A stretch of 64,000 nt of DNA from Ptychomitrium polyphyllum (lineage: Eukaryota): the NCBI GenBank assembly GCA_973851085.1, contig OZ316776.1:13826001-13890000 (forward strand). The letters are read 5' to 3'. Shown piece after piece: positions 39,557-53,120 of the stretch; position 1 is the first letter of the stretch, and each line of letters begins with the position of its first letter. The notes beneath the pieces were generated by a model. That model searched no databases and had not been told where the DNA came from. It saw nothing but the letters and a program-made list of their open reading frames with translations. The translations under genes and the position numbers were made by a program.

Positions 39557-40913
39557 ATGCAGTATGTTCGTGGGAAGGCGACCCACGGCTACAAGACAGT
39601 ACATGACACGTTCTTTTCCGTGAAGGTACCCCCTTGTTCACATTTTTCATCTGTAGTGAGATTCGAAATCTCATACTGACTTAGCTAGAGGGAGGATATG
39701 CTCGAGCAAGTAATTCTGAGACTCTTAATCAATCTGTTCAGGGCTCGTTTTATGTTTCCATGTTTAGTGGTGCTACTCATTTCATAAGATTTTTTACCAC
39801 AACCTCTGAGACTTCTTTACTATTTTATGATCACTAGTTTTAGAAATAGGAGTAGGTCTATTATAGTTTTGAATTTTGTTCCCCCTCTCCTGTGTTCGAG
39901 CTTTCAGGTGTGCTAAACCCTTACAAGGGTTTAATGGAAATTAGAAGGTAATTAGAAGGTAATTAGAAGGTAATTAGAAGGTACAATTAGAAGGTAATTT
40001 TTGTGCTTCTTCTTTGTGTGTAGGCTGTATTTGAGAAGCACAATGTGGTGTTCACCACTGGAGCATCTTTGGCATCGGCTGGAGCTGCCTGGGCAGGTGA
40101 ATATATTTGGACTACAATTCTGCTCATTACTTTACTGTACAATACTGAGCATCTCCTTTATGATCGATTTAAGAGTCTCTTTTCCACAAGGATATCTCAT
40201 TTGCCTAAAGCCCAGATAGCTTGGAATTCATTGAACTAATATAATATGCAAAAGCCGCCTCCAGTTCCAATCCCTATGGTTGTATATAGCCAAACACTGA
40301 TAGTAGCTTGTCTTTAGTTTGATGTGTGCATCTTGTATTGAATAGGGTATACTGCACGTCAATTGCATCAAAAAAAGGTGGAGGAACGGCTCAATTCTAT
40401 TGAGCATGCAGTAAGAGACTTACTTTGTGGAGTATAATCGACATGCGAAGATTTCACTTTATGGGGATGATTATCAATGACGAGTAAGCGATGGCATGAC
40501 ATGAAATGGAGTAATGGTTCTAATATGTTTGTGTGGGTGTCAGATGACCTCCGTGCACAACCTGGAAGTAGAACAAGTGCAGGCGATTACTAAGGGAATT
40601 GGTATTAGCTACTCTGCTTGTGCTGCTACGGCTGCAGCCACTTTCCTTATCGGGTAACAGTTTCGCATCATTATGCAGTGGTACCACTTTGCCAGTTAAT
40701 ATAGTGTACAAAAATTCCACAATTCAATTGAGCAGATGTTTTATTTTGAATACATAATACCCTATGGATGTTTTTAACACCCGACTTTAGTTTGAGAAGA
40801 GTTAAGTAATATGGTCGTGAAGTTGCAGGTATGGGTTTGGATTTCGAGGTGGCCGAAGGTATACATTGGACAGAATACGCAAACAGCAACAGAAGCTGCT
40901 GACCATTCCATAG
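39557..40913 (+). CDS. Small (~134 aa) conserved plant membrane protein of unknown function; exons 39557-39625, 40024-40096, 40346-40410, 40544-40653, 40829-40913
   Basis: GT-AG splicing gives MQYVRGKATHGYKTVHDTFFSVK-AVFEKHNVVFTTGASLASAGAAWA-GYTARQLHQKKVEERLNSIEHA-MTSVHNLE...CAATAAATFLIG-YGFGFRGGRRYTLDRIRKQQQKLLTIP*. Two hydrophobic segments. Resembles, from memory, an uncharacterised land-plant family. Start codon uncertain. Confidence 0.82.
39939..39995. repeat. 5 x 11-bp intronic tandem repeat AATTAGAAGGT
   Basis: Four contiguous copies, a 2-nt insertion, then a fifth copy. Confidence 0.9.
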
Positions 40914-43350
40914 TTAAGTCTGCCAAAGTCCTCAAGATTTTCAGAAGTGTTTCAGAGGAAGAGTGCCATTCATCCTTCCCAAGCAAGCGAGTCACAGGAG
41001 ATCAAGCAGGAGCTTGCTGTCAAGGCACTTGAAGCAGCTGATGTATTAAAGACAACCATTTAGTGAGAAACCATCCCTTTTCTCAGCATATGGACGTCGT
41101 TTTGGGCTATTGTCCAGCGTAGTTGGTGCGCCATGCGAAGGTTAGTTGATGGATGCATAAATCTTCAGTAGTCTTGTTAGAAGATTCCTTCGACCACTTG
41201 AGTGCTCGAGTTTATTGCCCCTATTATTTTTTGGACAATATGTGTTGTAGTTCTAGGTTTTATAGCATATCACAACAGATATATGTTGTATAGTGTGGGT
41301 GAATTAAATTTTTTGAATAAGTATCAAATATGGTATAAATTTTTGAAGTAGAGCTTCATAAAAACCCTATTTATGATTATGAATTACCTAAAATGAAACA
41401 TGGAAAATTCAATAGGTCCATTCAATGATTGAATATTGTATATCCACTTGTCAACTGAAGAATAAGCTTCACGAAATTAAAATAGTTTATGCTTCATGAA
41501 AAAATATCTTGGAAATTATTGATTGTGATTCAATCTACTTATAGTCCATGGTGCCTCATTCAAAGTTCATCTGCTGGGAAAAATTGGATTGGGATAAACT
41601 GAAGAAAAATTAGATTGGAGTAAACCGTGAAGTACTACTTTATTTTGGAATTTGAAGTATACCTTTTGTCACAAAAAGGCAACGTAATGACGGCACTAAA
41701 TCCTGTGTCATTTCTAACATGGGTCAATAAGAGTCAAGACACTCAAGAGAATTTGGAATCTTGGAAGCAAGCAACATTGGAAATGTGGTGTGCTTGGCAA
41801 TACACAATCCAACCAATCCAACCATAGTGATAAGTTAATACACTCAAACTTCCTTCATGTCACCTCCTGGAGTATCATCAATCTTTAGGTCCGGAAATTA
41901 CATTAAGGAGGGCACAAAACATTCCAACTTAGTTAAAAATTGATCTTGTCGATGCCTTGAGTCCAAAGCCGGTTACAATAAAGAGGTTTAACTGTAACAT
42001 TTTCATTTCATGAGATTTAAAATCCCAAGATGGATTAGAATGAGGTGGGCACTGGAGTTTCTCAGGCACTGGGGTGACACAGTGAAGACTCAGCCCCTTG
42101 AACGATTATACAGAATGAATGACTCATGGCTGCCAGCTATTGGCTCAGAAACTTGCATCACAGAGTGCAGTAGGAGTCCAATGCCAATGACGTTGTGAAG
42201 GGTAGAGTTACTCTACAAGCGTGTGATGGAAAGCCGGCCACTAAACTCAGGGCACTTGCTGTGCTCTAAAAGTTACCAGTCAAGCGTACAAGGGAATTAC
42301 AGCGTGGTGTACACAAAAGAGCTGGTACTCACACTGCACTGTATTACCGTAGAAGCTTATATCACAAGCTCAACTCCAGCCGAGTCACACTGCCCCGTTC
42401 ATATTTACTTTTGTTCTTATGAAAATTTTAGGAGAAAGAAAAGAGAAAGTGAAAGGCAAGGGAGAGCGAGAGGGACAGGGAAAGGGAAAGGGAAAGAAAA
42501 GAGAAGGGAAGGCAAACAAACAAATGGGGGCATGGAGGCATGGAGGCATGGGGCATGGGGGCATGGAGGGTGGGTTGGAGGCTCGGGGAGAGTGTGCGAG
42601 ACTGGCAGTGGAGATGGTGGTGTTTTAGGGAATTGCGTCGCCCAGGTGTGCTCTACTTGCTCTCGCTACTCCGCTCCCTCGTCCCCCCTTCTCTCTGTCG
42701 ATCCGCATCCCTTTACTCACATCTCCCACCGCTCGGCCTCCCCTCCCCCTCGTCTCTCTCTCGTGACACAGAGAGAGACCCACTTTCTGTGCCATTGTCG
42801 ACCCTCCTTTCCTGTCACCCGTGTTCTTCTGTCCCCATTTGCTCCCCCATGCTCTTCGCTGCCGTTCGGTCTCTTGCACCACTACCTTACTGTGGTTTTC
42901 TTGCCCACGGCGATGTCCACGGTTTTATTCCAGAACCAGCTCTTTTCTTCTGGGCCTGGGTCATCATTCTCTCCTGCAGTTTTAGGTCATTCTGCTTTGT
43001 GTGAGTTCATTAATCTGGCTTCGCAGTCGGGGCCAGCACTCGCAATAATATTCTTGATTCAAGATCTTATAGTGCGGTAGCTGCAAGAGGTTCGGGGGGT
43101 GTTTTTGTTAAGGACTTTTGACTGTGATGCCCAGATGTGAGGATGCTGACGGGGATGTGTGAGCGGGTCGTATTGAACTTGCTCTGTGTTGATCATTGAG
43201 TTGGGTTGGGAAGAATCTGAGGTTCGTTTCGGGAGGTGTTTGGTAATTAGGAAAGTGGATTGGTTAGCAATCCTGTTTGATAACAGAAGAGGTTTTTGAT
43301 TGCTGTGTTGGAGGTGGTCTGAAGTGGCCAAGATTCGTTGGAGTCACACT

Positions 43351-46300
43351 ATGACGCTCACTTCGGCGGAGGACCTTTCTAGGGTTTATAACCTGCTTCA
43401 TGACGCCCTGAGACAAGACGAGGCTGTGCGTAAGCCAGCAGAGGCAACGTTGGCAGCGTGTGAGAGTCGGCCTGGATTTTGTTCATGCCTCTTGGTGAGA
43501 ATCCTCTTAGTGAAGAGCTTGACATTTGCCTCTCAAAAGCTTGTTGCACCCTTTCTTTCATTCCAAGGAATTAGATCTTTCATGAAGACCTCCGCATTGT
43601 CCTGCTCTCTTGTAGGATTTTATTCAATACTGGGCGTAAAACTGCTTGCACCAGGACACTCTTACTGGGATGAGTCGCTGAATTGAATTTCTCATGGTGC
43701 ATTGCCCGTTGCGGTGGTATATGTGTTCATGGGCTGCCCTGACTAAACCTAACGTGGATACTTATACATCTGATTGTGGTGATATAATCATATACTTCTT
43801 TGTATTTGTAGATGAGGTGTTATTCTTTGAGAGTAGAAAACCAGATCCATGTGTGGGGTTTAAGATATCCATGCCCGCTTCATTGCTTCAGTAACCTAAG
43901 ATTTAGGGTTTTGATTGTGAACGTTTGAATGCTATTAACCACTTAACTGAAGGTCTTTCCCTGTGATGAGGGTCTGCAAGTTGCTTGTAGCGAATTGGTT
44001 TCTAGTAGGAATCACTTTTTTTTCATAAGTTTAAGATAACCCATTTGTACCTGGCTGCTGCTGATAGACAACGAGTGTTGTGAATAAGGATACTGTTGTG
44101 CGATCTCATGGACAACCGCGAGGGATTGAGGTTGTGCATGTTTGAGTATGTTCCACTGACGGCTTCTGTCTTGGCCTGAAAGCGGACGAAAGAAGTAGAG
44201 GTCGGCTGTTTTAAGCTTACAATAGGAACTTGTTCACCTTATAGACTTAGTGAACCTATTTTTCTTTATTTTAGATATTAACTATGTCATTTCTTATTGA
44301 GAAGGTCAGTCATTCTCCTACATTACTGTCAAGTTTGGCACAATTCTGATACTTCGGATTTCTTCCTGCTATGATTTTCCAGGATTAGCAGCAGAATTGG
44401 CTCAGCTTTCGCCTTTGCATAACGATCAATGCCTGCTCTAACTTTGCAATAACTCTGTATTGATATTTCCACGTCTCAATGATATTTACAGGAGATTATT
44501 GGAGCCAAGGATCTGGAACACCAAAGCGACGCCCGATGGCTGGCCTCAGTGTATTTCAAAAATAGTATCAATCGATATTGGAGGACTCGTCGAGATTCTC
44601 CGTGAGTGCTCACTTGATGAATGCAATTCTGTTTTCTGGGTCATGAAGGGTGTTTCAGCTGTTTAAGTGATACATTCTACAACTCCGGTTTTCCTTCAGA
44701 GAGCCGCATTGGCTTTCAATCTAGTTACGCTCCTCTAAGAGTTAGGTCTTCTTATTTTGTTAATCATGATGTTGGGCTGATTGCTTTCCCAGTTTCAATT
44801 AGATTCCTTGTCCGAAATCTGGATTTGATCTGGTTCATGTCATAGATTGCAGTTCTATCCTTATGAAGGAAAGGCTTGACACTTTATGGGGCTCACAGGG
44901 GCATAAGTGATGCAGAAAAACCGCATTTACGGAACAGGCTGCTCGACCTAATTAGAGAGGAGAACAACCAGGTATACATTTATTGGATGTCACAACCTTG
45001 TTTTTCCTCGTTTTTTTCTTTCTCTCTCTTTGTGCTAGGCGACGTCCCTTTTTGCGTGGATGAGGTAGTCGGATTCTACCTGTTTACGTAGGAATTTTCC
45101 TAACTTTCTGTTAAATGTGGCAGGTGGCTGTCCAGTTAGCACTTCTTATTTCAAAAATTGCTCGATTTGATTATCCTCGAGAATGGTACGTAGTGAGTCA
45201 AGATATTTTGATGTGACGTGTATGATTCTACGAAGGGGGATAAGGATCTCAAAACTTTAAACTTAGGCTGCTTGTTTTGAATAAATGTGAACGTCGTTGT
45301 GCAGTGTTCTAGTTGACTTTACTTTTGTTAGTTTGTCCTTGATATGTATCTTTAGTATGCCATCTTAAGATTGATCTGATATTGCTTGGACGATTACTGA
45401 TCTATATTAGAATTTTACATGGCATGATGGATGGCAGGCCGGAGCTATTTCTAACGTTGCTGCAGAAGTTGCAGTCTCCTGATGTACTCACTACTCAACG
45501 CGTATATTTAGTGCTTAATCAAACTCTGAAGGAGCTATCTACCAAACGTCTAGCAGCAGATCAACGCAATTTTGCAGAGGTGTGTAACTTAAACAATTTT
45601 ACCAGGTTCTTTTCACTCGGAGTACAACTTAAAATATACGACATGAATTATATGTTCCTGATGACGTCCGTGAAGTTGTAGCGACTAAGTTCCAGGTGCA
45701 TTCATTTAGAACTTTGATCATAGTTAATGTTGTGTTTTTCTCTTTTTGGATAGCATTTCTGCATCTGTAGCATGGAGCAGTTGTGGTTTTGTTAACCTTT
45801 TAGCTGATTATCTAGAGAATTTGCGAGTGTGTTCTGTAATGATAAACCAATACACTAGGAGTATTATTTGATGAAAGCATTTATGCGTCGAAGTGTTTGA
45901 ACGACTTCTGTTCGTGGCAATGGTAGCTTGCCAATGGAATTGGAATGCAAAGAACATTCAAAGTATCCGTATAAATTAATTCCAAGAACTGCCTGCGTTG
46001 TATTTATGGTTTCCGTATCGCAGGTTACAGCTCAATATTTTGAGTACACATGGCATCATTGGTGCTCGGATACTCAAGGTATTCTTCAAGGTCTTCAGAC
46101 ACTTCTTGCAGGCCCTCAAAGTGCAATTCTTGTTGCAGACCAAGACCAGGCTCTTCGATTGACCTGTGAACGCTGGATGCTATGCCTGAAAGTCCTGCGT
46201 CGGATGTTAGTACATGGCTTTCAAAGTGATGCCAGATCAGTTCAGGTGTGTTTTACCGACATGTTCAGTGTCACGAAATTTCATTTATTAAGTTGTTGAT

Positions 46301-49300
46301 ATCATTATAGCTGCCTTGATGGAAAGCTGTTATTGTTCGTAAAACATAAATTTTTGCAAAGAACGTTTTGCTTTGTCAGAAGAGTGCAAACGGTTGTGAT
46401 TTTAATTGGGTGATGAGATGATCACGGGTGTCTTTGGGAGTTCTCTTTTCGTTTGTGTACATTTTTATTTACTCATTTAAGCTTTATATGATGGGTGCAG
46501 GAAGTAGGTCCGGTGAAAGATGTTTGTCCTTCCTTTCTACAAGCAGTTAAAGAATTACTGAAATATCGTGAGTGTCACTTCTGTCATGTTCTTAGTTTAC
46601 CTCTAGCCTATATTTTGACAGACCAACTATAACAGTGGCGTAATTTAGTGTTCATACGTCTTTTCAGAGGTAGCGCGCTGGAGCATATCTGATTTGTCAT
46701 GGATTGTAGTGGGCGAGCTACTTTTTAAAGTAGATGAATTGCCCTGTGCATCTTGCAGTAGCTGTTGCTGCAGTGCCAGCCTCCATGAGGACAAGATTTC
46801 TCCTCGATAGTAGATTCTTTGCTTTGCTCCGACTTTCTTCATTTATAGCATCAGTTGCCCTTCTTGGGTTGTTCATGACTTGGCTACTTGCGTGGCAGGT
46901 TCTGCGTTGAAGCATGGACAAATCTTGCAAGCTTTTGTGCACAAGGCATGCTTGAGATTGATGAAAATATTCATAGAAGTGCAATCCACTCATCCTTACT
47001 CATTTAGCAACAGAGCCGTGCTTCCCCTCGTGTTGGAGTTCTGCTATATACAAATAACAGAACCTAAGGAGGAGAATGTACATTTGGAAACTTTCTTGAT
47101 CAAGTGTACGATCTTCCTTCAAAGTGTTATTCAATGTGTTGCTTACAGGCCCAACAAATCTGGGAGGGTTGTTGGACAGAGTACTCCTACTCTGGAAGAA
47201 GCAAAAGGGAATTTGGCAAGACAGGCTGAAGAAATAGTAATGTCCCTACTGGACAAGCAACGCTTGGTGGTACTCTGTGAAATTTTAGTTCGGAGGTACA
47301 TAAATTCCTTAAGTTTTCTAGAATTAGCACTTGCGATTCTTTGCAAACGACGTAATCGACTATCGATGTTTGTTGAGGAAGTGGATAGTATCGAAATATT
47401 ATCGTTTTATAAAACCACTTATCGAAATGAGTCTGTTGTAAGAGCAGTAACCAGCTTCTGCATCATGCTCTGTTTTGTTTGGATGCTTTACTTCCTGTGG
47501 ATATTCTGCATGTAGCTAATGTAGCTTCATTTTATATAGATACTTCATGCTCACCCCAACGGATTTGGAGGAATGGGCACAAGATCCTGAATTATTCCAT
47601 CATGAGCAAGATCTCGTCCAGTATAAGGACAAGTTGCGGCCTTGTGCCGAATCACTATATCTAGCTCTGTTCGAGTCTCATCGGGAGGTATTCTATTTTC
47701 ACATTTTCATACTGCCATCGGGTCTTGTACAGTTGTGTTCAAATACGAGGGTTAAATGAATGCAACTATTATTGGTATTAGAAAACTGATGTAAGTTACT
47801 CCTTCTATATGGGTGTCACTGGTTCCGAGGTTGTTGTTGATGTATTCCTGACGGTATTTGTTGGATAGACACCTTTTTATTTAATCAGAATAGCCGTTCC
47901 AGGTGTTACTATCACCTGCCTCACGTTTCCGCAAGCGGTTGCAAGTGAATTTTCTTTTGAGAACATGCTTGCTTATATTCTATTACTCATACTTGTTAAT
48001 TCTCTTGTGTTTCTATTAATTGTAGTGCTTCCTTATAACACCTTTGGTTTATGTGCTTCTAAGTGAAGTCTATTTGTTAATTGCAGCTTTTAGCTCCGGT
48101 GGTGGTCAGCATTCTCAAACAAGCATCAGACGGATGCCCTCCTGCTGCTCCTGGGGCAGATATACAAATCACACCAGCTCTATTACTCAAAGAAGCTGCA
48201 TACAATGCAGTTGGGGCGGCCTATTATGATCTTCATGATTATATTGATTTTAAATCATGGTGTGTTATACCTTACAGTTGTCATTTGCCTCCCATGTTTT
48301 TGAAATTGTATGTCGGTAGAGCAAAACAAGACTGGAATTCTTGTGTCACGCCTTTTCATTGAGAATTTAATTTTCTAATGGGCTTCGCCATTGTCATATG
48401 TTGTTCATCGCTGTTAAGAGGCTTTAGAAGCACACGATGAGATGGTTTTGTATCTTTAGGGCTGCAGTCAGTCAACTTGTTCAGGATCTATGGAATTGGT
48501 CAAAGACATTCCGTAGTGGATATGATCTTCCTCTGAAGCCATTGCTTCTTGAACCTGCTACTTACAGAATCAATAATTGTCCTAGGTGGGAGGGAGCTCT
48601 TGTTCATGAAATGAGTAATCTTCATCCAAATGGCCGAATCCTTCGACGGAGAATTGCTTGGCTTTTGGGAAAATGGGTCAACAAGGTCCGTTGACGCATG
48701 AGGCCAACGTTTTGAAGACTTGCATGCCTTCATGAATTCTCCAACCTTGTATTGATGTTTAAATGCTACTCAGTTGCTTGTACTTGACTTCTGTAAATGT
48801 TGGGTGCTGAGATAGTTTTGTGTGCCTCTAACTAGTATGTAGCTCAATTTATCCAATACCTCATGTTTTGAGATCGTAACCCTGATGTTAGCTGATCCTG
48901 GGTGATCTTTTGTGTTTGCACTAGATTAAAGATGAGCTGAGGAAGCCTGTTTACAGTGCTTTGATGAGACTTCTTGGGGATGGCGACCTAGCAGTGCAAG
49001 TGAGGAATTCCCTTTAATAAAATTGGTCGTTTCAAATTAATTATAACAGGGTTAATATTAATACTGTCAAATGTTGCAATCTTCGGTTTACTTCTTGCTG
49101 TATTTCAAACCTAGAGGTCTGATCTTTCAGATGCTAATAATAGTTTATGTTGGAGCAGTTGGCAGTCTGCTACTCGTTGCAAAGCTTAATTGATGATGTC
49201 CACTTCTACGAAGAGGAGTTTGTGGAGTATGTGCCAACGTGTTTAGGGCTTTTGATCCAGTTCATGCAGAGTGCACAAGAGTTTGACTCGAAGGTCTGGC

Positions 49301-52300
49301 CCATCTGACTTCAATCTCTCGCATGACCTGTCAATTACTTTCAACTACTGGACTTCTTAATTTTATCATTTAGATCAAAGCCGTTTTGAGAGTTTGCAGC
49401 TTGGTCCACAATTTTCGGCTAATAATGGATGCAAATGGCAAGTAGTTATAATTTCTAAGAGTTGTTTTTCTCATGCAGCTTCAAATTTTCAACCTTGTGT
49501 CACTTATAATTGATCGTCTTGGTGAGAAGATTGTTCCATGTGTTGAGAAAATCCTAGCATTTCTACCTTGGGTAAGGCAGCATGTTCTGCATCTGATATT
49601 ATGCTTGCTTCATCTTGTGGAAATTAAAGTGGCCAAGCTAGTCATTCCGTTTGGTTTCCATAGTTCTGTCTTAGTTGATTCCCATAGTTCCCTCATCTAT
49701 GTTCTATGTACTATCATCTGTCTGTACTGAAGATAATATTGGGTTAAAAAAACCTGATTATTGTTCAGAAGCATTGCTCTTTACATGTATTTTCTGCCTG
49801 TTATTTTTATTTACCCACTTTCGGGTGAACATTGTTTCTCATTGGAAATATCAATCGATTCGTACAACTGAGCATGATCGAAATATGCCAATGTTGTCCG
49901 TTCTGTGCTGTGTAGGTTTGGCAAGATTCAGAAGGACAGAGCTTGCTGCAGATACAAGTGATGCTTGCACTTCAGCGTCTTTTGATTGCACTCGGGCCTC
50001 GCTCTCCAATTTGCTATGAGATACTTTTTCCAATTTTGCAGTATAGTACAGATGTTAATCAGCCCGATGAACTTAATATGTTGGAGGATGGTATGCAGGT
50101 AATGAAACTCTGTCTATTTGTGGCCTTGTCTGCCATTGCTGGCTTATTTTGTTGATTGATGTGCTGCTTTTAATATTTAGTGTTTTTCTTTACTACTTAG
50201 TGTGTCAGTGATTTCTCCATTCACTGTCTGTTAGCTTGTGTTCAGCAGCATGCTACATATTAGTATATGAATCTAATTATGGAAATTATTTCAACTAGTC
50301 TTACGGGCTTCTTTGTTATCCGCGCTTTCTTCTTACCCTGAAAAAGAGTATGCACTTCTTCTGTAGATGTCAGTCGTGTGCACTGGAAACAGTGACATTT
50401 GGACGGAAGCTGATATGACTTCTTTATTTCATTCTTATATATATATGTCACTTATAAAATCTATGTATAGTTTAGAAACTAATTACCGTTCCTTGGAACT
50501 GCAGTTATGGCAAACCACATTAAGAAATGCTCCTATTATGGTGCCTCCGCTTATGAACCTCTTCCCTCATCTTGTGTCTGTCATGGAGCTTAATTTTGAA
50601 CATCTCCAGGTGAGCTGGTGTACTTTTGCGTCTTCCACGCACAATGTTTATCCTATTGTTTCTTCTCAACGTCTTAATGCTATAACAGATTCTGTTAATG
50701 ATTATTTTCCGCATTTACATATTTCCGTTCCTCTTCTTATAGGAAATTTAAATTTAAGGTGCTTCTCGCTAAATATTGGATTAGCAATGTCAAGCCCATT
50801 TTCTTCAACGTAATTTCTGTTTGTAGTCAGTAAGAACAATTTGTGACTTGATTGTAGCGGCCACTTAGAGGTATATGCTACTTCAGGTTGTGTCTGTTTG
50901 TGATTTGAGATGTCTTTGAGCTTACAGGCTGCAATGTCAATTATCGAGAGCTACATTCTCCTTGGAGGAGCTGATTTTTTGAGGTTACATGCAACTGGTG
51001 TGGTAAAAATCTTTGAGATCGTAGTTGGGAATGTGAAAGAAAGAGGGATGTTATGTACGCTCCCCGTTATCGATTCTCTCATTCAGGTGCTTCGTTGAAC
51101 TACTACTTGTCTATTTTCTAGTTAAATTTGGGAAGGCAGATGCACGTTTCTTATGTTGACGTACAAACGGGCTCCTCATTGTAGAAAACTGTGTTATCCA
51201 CTCCTGGTTTTGTAATGGTTGTACTGCGGTGCTCTGTAGTTGTCTGATGAAGTTTGAGAGATCTTATTATTTGGATCTGGTTGTAGAGTATATTTCTTAA
51301 AACATCACGTGTGCTGGTCTACAGTGCTTTCCTGTTGATGCGCCTGCTCTTTTGGAGGGTATCTTACAGGTATGGTATTTAAATTTCTTTGTGAAAACGT
51401 GAATGAAGCAGATGAATGATATTTAGGGTCCTTCCTCGTTTCTGGATATTAATGAGATGCTACTCTTCAAGTAGAGACGGTATTCTTGCCTGCCAAGTGC
51501 TGGATGGCAGCTTACTGTTCACTAGAGTTGTTTCAGTGCTATAGTTACAGAGTTCCTTCCTGATAATTTTCGGGGTTCATGCTTTTCATTTGCCTTGACA
51601 GCATATGTCTAATAGTGTGGTGCCATGCAGAAACTTTTAGTATTAGTCGTAAGTGGGCGTGATGATGGTGACCTGGTGAAGGCATCCGCAGGAGCAGTGC
51701 TAGCAAGAGTATTTGTTCAAAACAGTGCGTTCTTTGCACAATTTACGTCGCAACCATCTCTTTCCCTTGCTCTTCAGCAGTCAGGGGTTGCTGTCTCGGA
51801 CCAGAGTGCACTCTTTCTCTTCTTTGATGCTTGGCTTGACAAGGTAATAATAGTCATGTGATTTTATGTTGTCTCTGTACTTCTGTATCATTTAGTGATT
51901 TTCTTCTCTTGTATTTAGTTAACAAACTTGAAGATTCTGGCGAACTTGTATTTGTCCTCGCAGTGTCTCTTTCCATCGTCAATTTTCTTCTATACTTTAC
52001 ATAGCTAGGTTCTGTGCATAATGGAACAACTTTGGTTTACAGGTGGATTCCTTGACGAGCATGTCAAAGCGGAAGTTGTGTGCTCTAGCTCTTTGCATAC
52101 TGCTTACAGTTAGCCAACCGCAAGTTCTGGACAGACTTGTACAAATCCTCAGGTATAGCACAGTATATTATAGCGCAATTGAATGGTTCTGTCATTACAG
52201 CATGCAGTATCGACAGTATTTTTATACATATATCGAATCGTGGTTGGTTCAGTTCTGGTGCTAAAATGTGTTGGGTGAAAATTGATTGTACAAGTCTGTT

Positions 52301-53120
52301 TTGTACATTTGTCTAGTTGAGTCGTATAAGTAGTTCTTAGGTTTCAGACACTCCCTGGATGTTTTCACTAATGTGTCTTGTCACCACAAATCTTTAAGGT
52401 TTTGATTGCTTTCAAAGCTCTGTGGAGCTCGCGTTCAATACTGTTGCTCGATTTAGTATTGCTGTCATATGGTTCGTATGCAAGTCTTGTTCATTTGGTA
52501 CGTACATCTTTATCGACTTGGAAACATGTACTTTGAGCACAGTTTTAGTCAGACCTTTATTTTCATCGGCTTGCAGTGTTTGCACTAGCGTCCTGCATGA
52601 GACAGAGGAGGACCAGAATGACGGTGCATCAGGGTTAGATTCCGATCCTTTTTCATTTTGGATGGTCTGGTTCATGTTATTGGAGTATCCATTCGATTTG
52701 GGATTTACTATCAGTTCGAGGATTTTAACGAGCGAATTTTGTTGTGCGGCAGTTATGACTACAGTAGTGCAGAAGATGGATCAATGGGACCTTTTGTGAG
52801 TGAAGATTCCCGGAAAAGACAAGTAAGAGATCTTAGAGGTTAAGTTATTTTGTCTCTACATTGTTTGTTGCTGTCTGTTTCTAAGATAATCCACCAACGT
52901 CGTCCTCTAATGTATTCTGGTTATGTCCTCACGACTTCTTGTGGTTCGAAATGCCTAGGTTATCAGTGCGGATCCAATTAACAAGGTCCCACTTGCTCCG
53001 TTCTTGAAAGAGAAGCTTCATGCGTGTGCCCAACTTCATGGGAATGCTGCTTTTAACACAGCAATGGGTCGGCTTCATCCAAAACTCCTTGACCAGCTTC
53101 AACAGTTAATGCAGTCATGA
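43351..53120 (+). CDS. IPO11: Importin-11 / karyopherin KA120 (importin-beta family, HEAT repeats); ~23 coding exons, first 43351-43494, last 52959-53120
   Basis: N-terminal IBN_N region VRKPAEATLAACESRPGFCSCLL...LASVYFKNSINRYW...ISKIARFDYPREW...TLKELSTKRL, then DLEEWAQDPE, LRPCAESLY, LLKEAAYNAVG and RILRRRIAWLLGKWV. These match plant KA120/importin-11. GT-AG introns throughout; stop TGA at 53118-53120. Confidence 0.93.

Noticed and set aside
41627..42360. Possible pseudogene fragment between the small gene and importin-11
   Set aside because: No motif or consistent exon chain recognised on either strand.
42223..43080. 285-aa ORF and overlapping ORFs upstream of importin-11
   Set aside because: Low-complexity GA-rich, GGCATGG-repeat and CT-rich promoter/5' UTR sequence with no recognisable domain.
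29149..53120. Functional gene cluster of four co-oriented genes
   Set aside because: The products have unrelated housekeeping or unknown roles, and co-orientation of four genes is unremarkable.
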